From Patescibacteria group bacterium (GTDB taxonomy: Bacteria > Patescibacteriota > Patescibacteriia > Patescibacteriales > JBAZCA01), in contig JBAZUF010000001.1 in the NCBI GenBank assembly GCA_041661505.1, positions 47,144 through 111,143 of the forward strand: a stretch of DNA of 64,000 nt. The letters run 5' to 3'. The position numbers and the translations under genes are program-made. Within the stretch, counting starts at the first letter, position 1; each line of letters opens with the position of its first letter. Of this stretch, positions 45,064 to 54,937 are shown piece after piece. A model generated the notes under the pieces. The model had not been told where the DNA came from. It worked only from the letters and a program-made list of their open reading frames with translations, and ran no database searches.

Positions 45064-46863
45064 CTAGTTTGAGGCCCTTTTTTCAATCTTTTCTTTCACT
45101 TCCCTAATCAGCTCGTCCTTACTCATCTGCTTCAAGTCTTTTTGCCCACGGAGGCGCACGGCTAATTGGCCGCCGCCCATTTCTTTATCGCCGATTACTA
45201 TTACGTAAGGTATTTTTTCTCCCGAAGCTTTGCGGATTTTGTTGCCTAGAGTTTCGTCCCCAGTGTCGGCTTCAGCCCGAATTCCGGCCATTACCAGCTC
45301 TTTAGCAAAATCTTCGCTAAAGTTAGCGTGTTTTTCCCCAACAGACAGTATTTTAACCTGAACCGGTGAAAGCCAAACCGGGAACGCTCCGGCGTAATAT
45401 TCAATTAAATATGAGAAGAAGCGCTCAAATGACCCGATCAGAGCCCGATGGATCATAAACGGCTGCTTCTTTTTTCCGTTTTCATCTATATAAGACAGTT
45501 CAAACCTTTCCGGCAGATTGAAGTCCACCTGGATGGTTGAAATTGAATCTTCTTTGCCGTAAACGTTAACTGCCTGGACATCCAGCTTCGGACCGTAAAA
45601 AGCCGCTTCGCCTTTGGCTTCGTAAAATGGCACGTCATTTTTTTCGAGCACTTTGCGCAAAGTTTCCTCGGCCTTTTTCCAGCTTTCCTTGTCGCCCACG
45701 TATTTTGATTTTTCCGCGTCGGAAAGCGAGAGCCGGTATTTATAATTGGTAAACCCTAAATCTTTATAAAAATTGTCCATCATTTTCATTACTTCCATAA
45801 ACTGGTCTTCAAGCTGTTCCGGCGTACAGAAGATATGGGCGTCGTTTTGAGTAAAGCCGCGGACGCGCTGGAGGCCGTGCACCTCGCCGGATTTTTCATA
45901 ACGGTAAACCGTGCCCAGCTCGCCGATCTTCATCGGCAGTTCCCGGTAGCTATGCGGCTTCATTTTATAAACCATAATGCCGGCCGGGCAATTCATCGGC
46001 TTTAAGACATAAGTTTCTTTGACTTTGGCTTTTTTGCCTTCCTGGGCGTCTTTCAAATTTTGGCCGACTTCAAAAGCCGGATACATGCTTTCGTTATAAA
46101 AACCCCAGTGGCCGGAAGTTTCAAAAAGCTCTTTCCGGTTGATGTGCGGAGTCTGGATATGGACGTAGCCGTAGCTGCGCTCCATTTTAATCATATAATC
46201 TTCAAGCGCGCGGCGGATAACATATCCTTTGGGGAGCCAAACCGGGAGTCCCGGCCCAATCTCATTAAAACTGGCAAAAAGCTCAAGTTCTTTTCCCAGC
46301 TTTATATGATTGCGCTTTTCCGCTTCTTCCATCCGTTTTAAATATTCTTCCAGCTCTTTTTTAGTTTCAAAAGCCACGCCGTAAATCCGCTGAATCATTT
46401 TATTTTTCTCGTCGCCCTTCCAATAAGCGCCGGCGAGCTTAGTCAATTTAAAGCCTTCCGGATTTATTTTCCCGGTCGAAGCGATGTGCGGACCCTTGCA
46501 CATGTTAATAAAATCTCCCTGTTCAAAAAATGTTATCACGCTCTCCCCCTCCCTTTCTAAATCCCGCGCCAGTTCAGCCGTATAAATATATTTTTTCTTT
46601 TCCAAAAACTCAATCCCCTTTTTAACAGGCATTTCTGATTTTTTTATTACTAAATCCTCCTTTATTATCTTCCGCATCTCTTCTTCGATTTTCGCCAAAT
46701 CAACTTCTGACACCTGGTGTTTTGCGTCAAAATCATGGTAAAAGCCGTTTTCAATTGACGGCCCGACGCCGGGAATCGCTTTATACATTTTTTCCAAAGC
46801 CTGCATCATTACGTGGGACAGCGAGTGCCTTAAAGCTTCGATATTTTTTTCATCTTTTGCCAT
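45064..46863 (-). CDS. thrS: threonyl-tRNA synthetase
   Basis: class II aaRS motifs plus ThrRS editing/anticodon-binding architecture; 599 aa. Confidence 0.9.
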   Translation of the reverse strand: MAKDEKNIEALRHSLSHVMMQALEKMYKAIPGVGPSIENGFYHDFDAKHQVSEVDLAKIEEEMRKIIKEDLVIKKSEMPVKKGIEFLEKKKYIYTAELARDLEREGESVITFFEQGDFINMCKGPHIASTGKINPEGFKLTKLAGAYWKGDEKNKMIQRIYGVAFETKKELEEYLKRMEEAEKRNHIKLGKELELFASFNEIGPGLPVWLPKGYVIRRALEDYMIKMERSYGYVHIQTPHINRKELFETSGHWGFYNESMYPAFEVGQNLKDAQEGKKAKVKETYVLKPMNCPAGIMVYKMKPHSYRELPMKIGELGTVYRYEKSGEVHGLQRVRGFTQNDAHIFCTPEQLEDQFMEVMKMMDNFYKDLGFTNYKYRLSLSDAEKSKYVGDKESWKKAEETLRKVLEKNDVPFYEAKGEAAFYGPKLDVQAVNVYGKEDSISTIQVDFNLPERFELSYIDENGKKKQPFMIHRALIGSFERFFSYLIEYYAGAFPVWLSPVQVKILSVGEKHANFSEDFAKELVMAGIRAEADTGDETLGNKIRKASGEKIPYVIVIGDKEMGGGQLAVRLRGQKDLKQMSKDELIREVKEKIEKRASN

Positions 46864-47179
46864 ATGTTTTCCGGTTCAGCCTGATGAAGCATCCCATCCG
46901 GCTGATATTAAATTAGACTTAAGTTATAAAATTATATAAACACAAAAACCTCGTCCTAATGCAGCCAAAACATGGTTGCACTGGGACGAGGTTTAACCCG
47001 CGGCTCCGGCCTTTAGCCGAAGTCCCTATGCTTAGGGATTCCACCCAGTTTTTCCGCCGATATGCCGGCGGAACTCTTAATTTATGCGGCTTAGTCCCGA
47101 TTATTCTGGATACCGCGAGGCCCATAGGCTTTGCGGCAGCCGGCTTGGTAAACCGGCCAATCGCCTCTTTGTTTAATTT
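46864..47179 (-). promoter_or_regulatory. thrS 5' leader (approx. 315 nt) with terminator/antiterminator potential (T-box-like)
   Basis: promoter at its 5' end, intrinsic terminator about 75 nt upstream of the start codon, GGGUGG and AGCCGCGGG elements, ACC-A in a hairpin loop. Confidence 0.45.
46938..46994 (-). terminator. intrinsic terminator within the thrS leader (attenuator)
   Basis: 11-bp stem AAACCUCGUCC/GGACGAGGUUU followed by a U-rich tract on the minus-strand transcript. Confidence 0.65.
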
Positions 47180-47186
47180 GTAAAAT

Positions 47187-47215
47187 AATCTTAATAAAAA
47201 TCCGCTTTTCTGTCA
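47187..47215 (-). promoter_or_regulatory. sigma70-like promoter for the thrS leader (TTGACA-N17-TAAGAT)
   Basis: minus-strand TTGACA at 47215-47210 and TAAGAT at 47192-47187. Confidence 0.4.
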
Positions 47216-47219
47216 ACCG

Positions 47220-48644
47220 CTATTTCATTACCTCTATTTCTATCCGGTCCAGCATCGCCGGAACCCGCTTAACGAACGAAGGGGAAAATTTGATTTCATA
47301 ATCAGCGATCCCCTCTTTACTTTTAAGATATTCCTCAAGCTGCGCTTTGGAAAGCCCGGCCAAATCTTTTGGGTCAAGAATTTTCGATAAATCTTTAACC
47401 GCCACCTTGCCGCTGAATTCGGCTTTTACTTCTGCCCGGCCGGCGGCGGCGTCAATATTAACCAATTCGTATTTAAACCCATCCCCGTTAAAACTCACTA
47501 ACTCTTTTCCGGCCGGTATAGTAAGGCTGAACCGATCCTTTACCAGACTGGCTGACTCGCTCTCCATAAAGCCGGCCATTTCCGCGGCCGTCTCTAACTT
47601 CACGGTAAAACTATCTTTCTCCTCATTAGCCATAGCGTCAATTTCTTTTTTTATGGCATTGTCGTCAATCTTTAAAAGTATTTGGTCATATTGGGGATAT
47701 TTAGCTCTGGCTTCAGCTAACGCCTTAGCGGCAAGAGACTCTTTAACTTTATTGATCCCGTTTTGGATGTCTTCCTCCTTAACAAATTTTTTCGAATTTT
47801 TCTTATAACTCATGGGTTCTTTAGACTCGGCGTATATTTTATCCTGCAGTCCGGCCCAAAGCCCCGGGATAGTAAATTTCGACGGGCCAATCACCATCGT
47901 AGAATCGGATTTATCGGCATAAACATCAACCGCTATATTTCCCCCGGCCGGCACATTAACCGTTTCTTTCGTCCTGAATAACTTTCCATCGGACGAAAGG
48001 AGCCTGGTTGAGGCGACCAGCGGCTGATTTTTTATATAGCTGTTATAAACAATTACTTTCCCCTGGACTTCTTCGCTTATAACTTTTTCTCCGGTGGCTT
48101 CTATTTTTTCTTCGCCGGCAACATTAAATTCGTCCAACGCTCCCCCAATGGCCGCCCCGCCGTTTCCGGGGTTTGAAGGCTGGCCTCCAACCACCTTAAA
48201 AGTTAGGCTGTCGGTTATTTCTTCCTGGCTAGGGACAATGACGATCTTAATTTTCACGAAAGAAAAATAAAACACTACGCCCAGAAGCACCAAAACTAAT
48301 AAAATAAAACTATAAGCGATTTTTTTATAAAGCCCCAATTTAGGAGGCTGGCCGCTTTTCCTCTCTCCGGCATTCCTTGCAATCACCTCTTTGGCCTTGG
48401 CCAAATAATCTTCCGGCTCTTTTTTTTCGTTCCGGTCTTTGGAAAATTCTTTTAGCGCGTCAATCGATCTCCCGCCTTCTTTAGGAAAAATCGGAGCGGA
48501 TAAACTAATCGGTATGTTAAATGAAGGGGCCCGGGGAACAGGCGACTTTTCGCTTTTCTTCACGCTTTTTTTCGGAGCCGGTTTTTTTCTTGGCCGGGAA
48601 GCCGGCTTGGCCGGCAAATTGCTTTTAGATTTTAAAGAAGGCAT
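47220..48644 (-). CDS. hypothetical membrane-anchored protein with basic Pro/Lys-rich N-terminus
   Basis: 474 aa, single TM around residue 110, no recognisable domain. Confidence 0.5.
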   Translation of the reverse strand: MPSLKSKSNLPAKPASRPRKKPAPKKSVKKSEKSPVPRAPSFNIPISLSAPIFPKEGGRSIDALKEFSKDRNEKKEPEDYLAKAKEVIARNAGERKSGQPPKLGLYKKIAYSFILLVLVLLGVVFYFSFVKIKIVIVPSQEEITDSLTFKVVGGQPSNPGNGGAAIGGALDEFNVAGEEKIEATGEKVISEEVQGKVIVYNSYIKNQPLVASTRLLSSDGKLFRTKETVNVPAGGNIAVDVYADKSDSTMVIGPSKFTIPGLWAGLQDKIYAESKEPMSYKKNSKKFVKEEDIQNGINKVKESLAAKALAEARAKYPQYDQILLKIDDNAIKKEIDAMANEEKDSFTVKLETAAEMAGFMESESASLVKDRFSLTIPAGKELVSFNGDGFKYELVNIDAAAGRAEVKAEFSGKVAVKDLSKILDPKDLAGLSKAQLEEYLKSKEGIADYEIKFSPSFVKRVPAMLDRIEIEVMK

Positions 48645-48727
48645 GTATTTTTATTTCCCGATTAAAATAAGACCCTTAAAATTAATAGAGAAAAAAATAT
48701 TAATTCTTCCCAATTATAACATCAAAA

Positions 48728-51700
48728 TCAAACCTTGTCTACAAGCTCCAAATTTAATTTTTCCACCCCCTGAATTTGGCCGGAGGCCAGCGCTTCGGCG
48801 CTTACCTTAAAGCCGGTTTCGACTATTTTGTCTTTTTGCCCTTCGTTTTTAACCTTTAAAAATACTTTTGAGCTTCCGGGGGCGGAGAGGAATATTTTTT
48901 TCAGGGTTTCAAGAAAATTATTGTCAAAATTACCGCCGATGGAAATTAAAACAATTTTTTCCTGGCGCGGCGTTTTTTTTACTCCGCCTTCATTCTTCGC
49001 GCTAAAATCGCCGCGGCCGCCCTCCTGGCCGTTTCCGTTAGTATTGCGCCCGTTAAAAGTGAACGAATTGCCGTTGGTCCGGTATTCAGGCTTTAGCCCC
49101 CTTAAAATTTCCTTTACTTTTCCCAATTCCAAAATTACGGCTTTATCGCAAAGCAATTTCACGTCCTGGTCTTTTTCCGAAAGTTTCCCCAGGAGGGCGA
49201 CAGCTTTTCCTTCCTGCCAGATTTCTCCGGAGCTTTTATAAAGCCGGGGGAAGACTAAAGCTTCAAGATTGTCCGTATCATCTTCAATTTTTACGAAGGC
49301 CATTGATTCTCCGTTTTTGGTAATGATTTTTTTTACGCTCGCTATAATGCCGGCTAAATTAACCGGCTCATTCCGGGAAGCGCGCTTTACTTCCCGGATG
49401 GGGGGAATTAGCGCTCCAGCTTCCTTTTTAAAATCTAAAAACGGATGGTCGGAAATATATAAACCCAAAAATTCTTTTTCCCAGGCCAGTTTTTTTTGCC
49501 TTTCGACCGGAGCGGCCGGCTTTAATTTTACTTCTTCAAACTGGTTTAACAGCGGCGCGTCAAAAAATAAACTTACCTGGGCGCTAGACTTAGCCCGGGC
49601 AATATCCTTATTAAAGCTTAGCATCGCCTCGATATTCTCTAAAAACATCCCTCTTTCCCCGAATTGGTCCAGACTGCCGGATTTAATAAGGCTCTCAAGC
49701 GACTTTTTATTTAAGTCCTTATCGACTACCCGCTTCAATAGGTCGCTTATATTTTTGAAAGGTCCGTTTTCCTTCCTTTCCTTAATTATGGCTTCGCCGA
49801 TATGGGCGCCGAAATTTTTTATGGCTTTAAGACCGAAGCGGATGGTATTAACCTTTTCATCTTCGCGCGCGATTTGGTTGGTTTGGGTGCCGGACGTTAT
49901 TACCGTAAAAAAATCAAATGACTGGTTTATGTCCGGCGCTAAAACCTCAATTCCCATTTTCCGGCACTCTTCAATTTCGATGGCTACCCGGTCAATATCG
50001 CCCTGATCGGAAATGAGTAGCGCCGCCATGAATTCAGTCGGCCAATGAGCTTTTAAATAGGCGGTCTGATAGCCGATTAAAGCGTAGCAGGCGGCGTGCG
50101 AACGGTTAAAGCCATACCCGGCAAAAGGCTCGATAAAAGAAAATATACCCTCGCCCAGCTCTTTGGAAATTCCGTTTTTAACGCATCCGTCAATGAACTT
50201 TTCTTTTTGTTCGGCCAAAAGCTCGGCGATCTTTTTTCCCATCGCTTTGCGCAAGACGTCGGCTTCGCCCATAGAAAACCCGGCTAATTGCCGCGCGATT
50301 TGCATGACTTGCTCCTGGTAGATCGCCACCCCGTAGGTTTTTTTTAAAATCGGCTCGAGCTTGGGATGCAAGTACTCGACTTTTTTCCTCCCATACTTTC
50401 TTTGGATATAATCCGGAATCCATTCCATCGGCCCCGGCCGGTACAAGGCTACCATGGCGACTATATCTTCAAAGTCGTTCGGCTTCAGTTCTTTCATATA
50501 CCGCTTCATGCCCGAGGATTCGAATTGGAATACGCCGGTTGTTTCTCCGTTCTGGAACAGCCCGAAAGTATCCGGATCGTCCAAAGGAATCTTATCGATG
50601 TCGATTTTCAATCCCCGAGTATTTTTTATTATCCGGATTGCCGACTCGATGATAGTCAGGTTCTTAAGCCCCAAAAAATCCATTTTGAGGAGCCCCAAGT
50701 CCTCAATTGGATGCAGAGAATATTGGGAGACAATACTCCGGTCAGACGAAGAAGCGTATTGCAGGGGGACGTAATCGGTTAAAGGATTTTTTGTAATTAA
50801 CACTCCGCAGGCGTGCGTTGATGCGTGGCGGGCGACTCCTTCCAGGCGCATGGCATAGGTTAATATTTTTTTGGCCGCGTCTTCTTTCTCATAAATTTCT
50901 TTTAGTTCCGGGACTAAGCCGATGGCTTTTTTCAGTTTAGTAAGCGGGGGGATCATCTTAGCCAGCCGGTCGCAATATTCATAAGGATAATCCAGTACCC
51001 GGCCGACGTCCCTTAATGAGGCCCGGGCGGCCATGGTTCCAAAGGTGATGATTTGGGAGACGTGCTCTTTGCCGTACTTTTTTTCGACATACCGAATCAC
51101 TTCATCCCTCCGAAGATCGGCAAAATCCATATCAATATCCGGCATGCTGATGCGGTCAGGATTTAAAAACCTTTCAAAAAGCAAATCATATTTAAGCGGA
51201 TCCAAATTGGTAATTCCCATCAAATAGCAAGCAAGCGACCCGGCCGCCGATCCGCGGCCCGGCCCGACTACTATCCCGTTGTCCTTTGCCCAATTTACAA
51301 AATCGGCCACAATCAAAAAGTATGACGGCCAGCCCATTTTTTCGATTACCGACAATTCATAATCCAGCCGTTCTTTTATTGCCGGTTCAGCCTGGCTAAA
51401 CTTTATCTGCCGCCTTTTTTCCAGGCCCTCTTCGCAAAGCTTTCTTATATAACCCATTTCGTTTTGGCCTTCCGGAACTTTAAAATACGGCAGCTGGACG
51501 TTTCCCATTTCGATTTCGACATTACATTCTTCGGCGATTTTTAAAGTATTCGATAGGGCTTCGGGGACATCGGAAAAAAACTTTTCCATTTCCCTGGCAG
51601 TCTTATAGTAATAATCGCTCCCGGACATCTCCATCCGGTTGGAATCTTCTTTTTTTCTCTTGGTCTGCAGGCACAATAAAACATCCTGAACATCCGCGTC

Positions 51701-52342
51701 TTCTTCCTTTAAATAATGCAGATCGTTGGTCGCGACCAGCGGCACCCCGAGTTCGCGCGAAAATTCGATTAGCTCCCGATTCACTATTTTCTGCTCCGGC
51801 AGGCTGGGATGGTCTTGCAGTTCAAGATAAAAATTCCCCGGGCCAAAAAGCTCTTTATATTCTAAAATTCTCTTCCTGGCTTTAGGAAGGTTTCCGGCGA
51901 TAATAAGCTTCGGGATTTCTCCCGAAGCGCAGGCCGTGCAGGCAATAAGTCCGTCTTTATATAATGAAAGCACTTCCCAATCGATGCGCGGCTTATAATA
52001 ATATCCTTCCAGATGGGCGATTGAAGTAAGTTTAAGGAGATTCTTATAGCCGGCATTATTTTTAGCGAGCAAAAGAAGATGGTAATTTCTTTCATCTTCT
52101 TTGGTGGCTTTGTCGGTGCGCGATCCGGGAGCTAAATACGCCTCCACGCCGACAATCGGCTTGATTCCCGCCTTCTTGCATTTTTCGTAAAACTCAATAA
52201 CGCCGTACATCGTACCGTGGTCGGTTATGGCAACGGCCGGCGCGTCGTCTTTTTTTGCCGCGCCAACTAGCTCATCAATTTTTGTGAGGCCGTCTAAAAG
52301 CGAATAATGGGTATGGTTATGGAGATGGACAAATTTAGCCAT
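48728..52342 (-). CDS. dnaE: DNA polymerase III alpha subunit
   Basis: PHP domain HLHNHTHYSLLDG; 1204 aa. Confidence 0.9.
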   Translation of the reverse strand: MAKFVHLHNHTHYSLLDGLTKIDELVGAAKKDDAPAVAITDHGTMYGVIEFYEKCKKAGIKPIVGVEAYLAPGSRTDKATKEDERNYHLLLLAKNNAGYKNLLKLTSIAHLEGYYYKPRIDWEVLSLYKDGLIACTACASGEIPKLIIAGNLPKARKRILEYKELFGPGNFYLELQDHPSLPEQKIVNRELIEFSRELGVPLVATNDLHYLKEEDADVQDVLLCLQTKRKKEDSNRMEMSGSDYYYKTAREMEKFFSDVPEALSNTLKIAEECNVEIEMGNVQLPYFKVPEGQNEMGYIRKLCEEGLEKRRQIKFSQAEPAIKERLDYELSVIEKMGWPSYFLIVADFVNWAKDNGIVVGPGRGSAAGSLACYLMGITNLDPLKYDLLFERFLNPDRISMPDIDMDFADLRRDEVIRYVEKKYGKEHVSQIITFGTMAARASLRDVGRVLDYPYEYCDRLAKMIPPLTKLKKAIGLVPELKEIYEKEDAAKKILTYAMRLEGVARHASTHACGVLITKNPLTDYVPLQYASSSDRSIVSQYSLHPIEDLGLLKMDFLGLKNLTIIESAIRIIKNTRGLKIDIDKIPLDDPDTFGLFQNGETTGVFQFESSGMKRYMKELKPNDFEDIVAMVALYRPGPMEWIPDYIQRKYGRKKVEYLHPKLEPILKKTYGVAIYQEQVMQIARQLAGFSMGEADVLRKAMGKKIAELLAEQKEKFIDGCVKNGISKELGEGIFSFIEPFAGYGFNRSHAACYALIGYQTAYLKAHWPTEFMAALLISDQGDIDRVAIEIEECRKMGIEVLAPDINQSFDFFTVITSGTQTNQIAREDEKVNTIRFGLKAIKNFGAHIGEAIIKERKENGPFKNISDLLKRVVDKDLNKKSLESLIKSGSLDQFGERGMFLENIEAMLSFNKDIARAKSSAQVSLFFDAPLLNQFEEVKLKPAAPVERQKKLAWEKEFLGLYISDHPFLDFKKEAGALIPPIREVKRASRNEPVNLAGIIASVKKIITKNGESMAFVKIEDDTDNLEALVFPRLYKSSGEIWQEGKAVALLGKLSEKDQDVKLLCDKAVILELGKVKEILRGLKPEYRTNGNSFTFNGRNTNGNGQEGGRGDFSAKNEGGVKKTPRQEKIVLISIGGNFDNNFLETLKKIFLSAPGSSKVFLKVKNEGQKDKIVETGFKVSAEALASGQIQGVEKLNLELVDKV

Positions 52343-52358
52343 AAATAAAAATAGAATT

Positions 52359-52415
52359 AAGAATCACGAATCAAGAATAGCCCCTTGATCCTTTATTCTT
52401 AATTCCTGATTCTCG
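52359..52415. promoter_or_regulatory. imperfect 21-bp inverted repeat between the parB stop and the dnaE start
   Basis: AAGAATCACGAATCAAGAATA ... TATTCTTAATTCCTGATTCTCG with T-rich downstream on the minus strand, only 16 nt before the dnaE ATG. Confidence 0.45.
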
Positions 52416-52417
52416 TT

Positions 52418-53308
52418 TTAATCAATCCCGCCGATCTTATCGATTATATCATCTAGCATTTCGTCTCCGTAATAAGTTATAATTATCCTCCCGCCTTTTC
52501 CGGTGCGCTGGATTTCCGCCCGGGTGCCGAAATACTTTTGCAAAACCTCTTCCCTTTTTTGGTCTCGCGGGTCGGCCTTAATCCGCGACTCTTTTGATCC
52601 GCCGAACTTTGTTTGCACTTCTTTAAAAACATCAACTGTATTAAGGCCTTCTTTCATTATCCTTTCAAATAGTGCCATTTGCTTCGCGGGGCTGTCAAGG
52701 CCGGCTAAAGCGATGGCGTGCCGGGAATTCAAATCGCCTTTTGTAATCGCTTCCTGGATTTTCTCCGGCAAGCCGAGGAAACGCAAAGTATTAGAAATCA
52801 CCGGCCGGGATTTTCCGATTCGGCGCCCTAATTCTTCGTGGGTAATATTAAATTCATCAATCAGCTTGCGGTAAGACAGAGCGAGCTCAATCGGATTTAA
52901 GTCTTCCCTTTGGATATTTTCTATCAAGGCCAATTCTAGTTTCTCCTGCTCCCCGGCTTCCCGGACAATGGCCGGCACTTCTTTTAGCCCTAAAGCTCTC
53001 GCGGCCCTAAGGCGCCTTTCGCCGGCGATAAGCTCATATTTATTTCCGGCGCGGGTTATTACCAAAGGCTGGATAATTCCGTACTGGGAAATTGATTCCA
53101 TTAATTCCTGAAGCTGTTTTTCATTAAAATCTTTTCTCGGCTGCTGCGGGTTGACGGAAATTTTCTCCGGCGCCAAATGCAAAACTTTGTCGCGGTCAAA
53201 ATCGCTTGATACGTCAACAACGGTCTCGCCGGCCGCGGTTGTAACTTTTTTCACTTTTTGGGGAATGAGCGATGAGAGTCCCCTGCCGAGTCCATTGGCC
53301 ATATGCAT
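52418..53308 (-). CDS. parB: chromosome partitioning protein ParB
   Basis: ParB-box GERRLRAA, HTH region. Confidence 0.85.
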   Translation of the reverse strand: MHMANGLGRGLSSLIPQKVKKVTTAAGETVVDVSSDFDRDKVLHLAPEKISVNPQQPRKDFNEKQLQELMESISQYGIIQPLVITRAGNKYELIAGERRLRAARALGLKEVPAIVREAGEQEKLELALIENIQREDLNPIELALSYRKLIDEFNITHEELGRRIGKSRPVISNTLRFLGLPEKIQEAITKGDLNSRHAIALAGLDSPAKQMALFERIMKEGLNTVDVFKEVQTKFGGSKESRIKADPRDQKREEVLQKYFGTRAEIQRTGKGGRIIITYYGDEMLDDIIDKIGGID

Positions 53309-53325
53309 TGTTTAAAAAAATTATT

Positions 53326-54087
53326 TTAATACAGGTCGATTATTTCCCTGGCCAGTTTTTCGTACGCCCGGCCGCCCCTTGATTTGGGGTCATAATGCAA
53401 TATCGAGCGCCCGTAGCTCGGCGCTTCAGCCAGGCGCACGCTTCTTGGGATTACCGTCCGCAATACCCGGTTGGGAAAATATTGGTACAATTCCTGCATG
53501 ACCGATCCGGAAAGCCGGTTCCTTCGGTCGAACATGGTAATGAGCGCCCCCAAAATATTCAAATTGGGCTTCAAATTGTTTTGCACCAGGCTGATAGTTT
53601 CCAAAAGCTGGCCCAGCCCTTCTAACGCGTAATATTCGCTTTGAATAGGAATTAAAACCTGATCAGCGGCTACTAAGCTATTAATTGTCAAAAGGCCGAC
53701 CGACGGCGGCCCGTCGATTATTACAAAATCGTATTCATCTTTTACTTCATCCAGTATGTTTTTCAGCCTGAATTCGCGGTCGTGCATGCTAACCAGCTCT
53801 ACTCCGGCGCCGGCTAAAGCAATTGTCGAAGGCGCGACTTTAAATCCGTCCTGCAAAGTCCTTTTTATCACTTCAAAAATCGGCTTGTTCCCGATTATAG
53901 CCTCATAAACGCCGTGCTCCAGATTCCGGTGGTCGATGCCTAAACCCGAAGTAGCGTTAGCTTGCGGGTCAATATCCACTAATAAAACTTCCTTGCCAAA
54001 ATAGGCCAGGTACGCCCCTAAATTAACGGCCGTCGTAGTTTTTCCCACTCCGCCCTTTTGATTGACAATAGAAATAATCTTGCCCAT
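53326..54087 (-). CDS. parA: chromosome partitioning ATPase ParA/Soj
   Basis: deviant Walker A NQKGGVGKTT. Confidence 0.9.
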   Translation of the reverse strand: MGKIISIVNQKGGVGKTTTAVNLGAYLAYFGKEVLLVDIDPQANATSGLGIDHRNLEHGVYEAIIGNKPIFEVIKRTLQDGFKVAPSTIALAGAGVELVSMHDREFRLKNILDEVKDEYDFVIIDGPPSVGLLTINSLVAADQVLIPIQSEYYALEGLGQLLETISLVQNNLKPNLNILGALITMFDRRNRLSGSVMQELYQYFPNRVLRTVIPRSVRLAEAPSYGRSILHYDPKSRGGRAYEKLAREIIDLY

Positions 54088-54261
54088 AGCAAAATTGAAA
54101 CGTTAGGACTTTTTTCCTTACCATAGTATTATACTTTAATTTATCCGCTTTGACAATTTAGGCTTTTTGAATTATACTAAAAACAGCCTTCGCCGTTGAT
54201 TAGGGCTTTTTTTGAGCCCAGATTAGCGATTAATCATCCTATCCTGACCCCGACGCTAGAA

Positions 54262-54345
54262 GCCGATGTGGTGAAACTGGCAAACACGCACGACTCAAAA
54301 TCGTGTGGCCTCACGGCCTTGTGGGTTCAAGTCCCACCATCGGCA
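54262..54345 (+). tRNA. tRNA-Leu (anticodon CAA), type II with long variable arm; CCA not encoded
   Basis: acceptor GCCGATG/CATCGGC, anticodon stem CACGA/TCGTG with loop CUCAAAA, variable arm GGCC-TCAC-GGCC, T-arm GTGGG-TTCAAGT-CCCAC, discriminator A. Confidence 0.8.
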
Positions 54346-54398
54346 CAGATTTAAGATGAGCTTTTTAAGGCTCATGCTAATGGATTTTAGTGTACATT

Positions 54399-54683
54399 TC
54401 ATTCTTGAAAGGATTGGGTCATGAGTATTGTCGTGCATCTTTCCGTTGTTTTTTTACAGGCGTCAATGCTGGCCGTAATCGCAGCAACGCTTTTTTGCTC
54501 CAAACTCTGCGCCGAAACGGAGGTATTTTTCTTCGGACCACTCATAATTTTCATAATTTCCTGCGGACTTATATTTTTTTGCGCGCGTGACGGAAAAATT
54601 ATCTTCTTTTCGGAGAGATTCAGCACGTTTTGCTGGATAATTTTCTTTACTGCGCTATCCGCGCTGTACTTGGTAATGGCCAC
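54399..54683 (-). CDS. hypothetical small protein (GTG start); overlaps a hydrophobic plus-strand ORF 54421-54801, so the strand call is ambiguous
   Basis: Lys-rich, non-hydrophobic 94-aa ORF; the opposite Phe-rich ORF could be its antisense artefact. Confidence 0.25.
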   Translation of the reverse strand: MAITKYSADSAVKKIIQQNVLNLSEKKIIFPSRAQKNISPQEIMKIMSGPKKNTSVSAQSLEQKSVAAITASIDACKKTTERCTTILMTQSFQE

Positions 54684-54937
54684 AGGTCAATCAGGCTCCG
54701 ACGATTTCCATACAGCTTTATTGTTCGGAGTGTTTGCGGTAATCTCCGCGCTTATAGCTATTGCTCCAGTGTGTAAGCTTGTCCGGAACGAATTATTTTA
54801 ATTCTCTTCCGCCTTGCCAGAAAATGAAAAACTCGGGGAAAAGGCCCGACAAGCTCATACAATATTAACCCTAAATACAAAAGCCCGGAAGCTTCACGCG
54901 TCCGGGCTAATTTTTTTATATTCTGTACTGCTAATGC

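Noticed and set aside
52340-54240. parS centromere sites near parAB
   Set aside because: No match to the TGTTNCACGTGAAACA consensus was found by eye in parB or the flanking spacers. The inverted repeat at 52359-52415 has a different sequence.
54421-54801. Plus-strand 126-aa hydrophobic ORF downstream of tRNA-Leu
   Set aside because: It is Phe-rich and hydrophobic, exactly antisense to a Lys-rich minus-strand ORF (54399-54683). One of the two is an artefact. Neither has strong support, so only a low-confidence call was kept.
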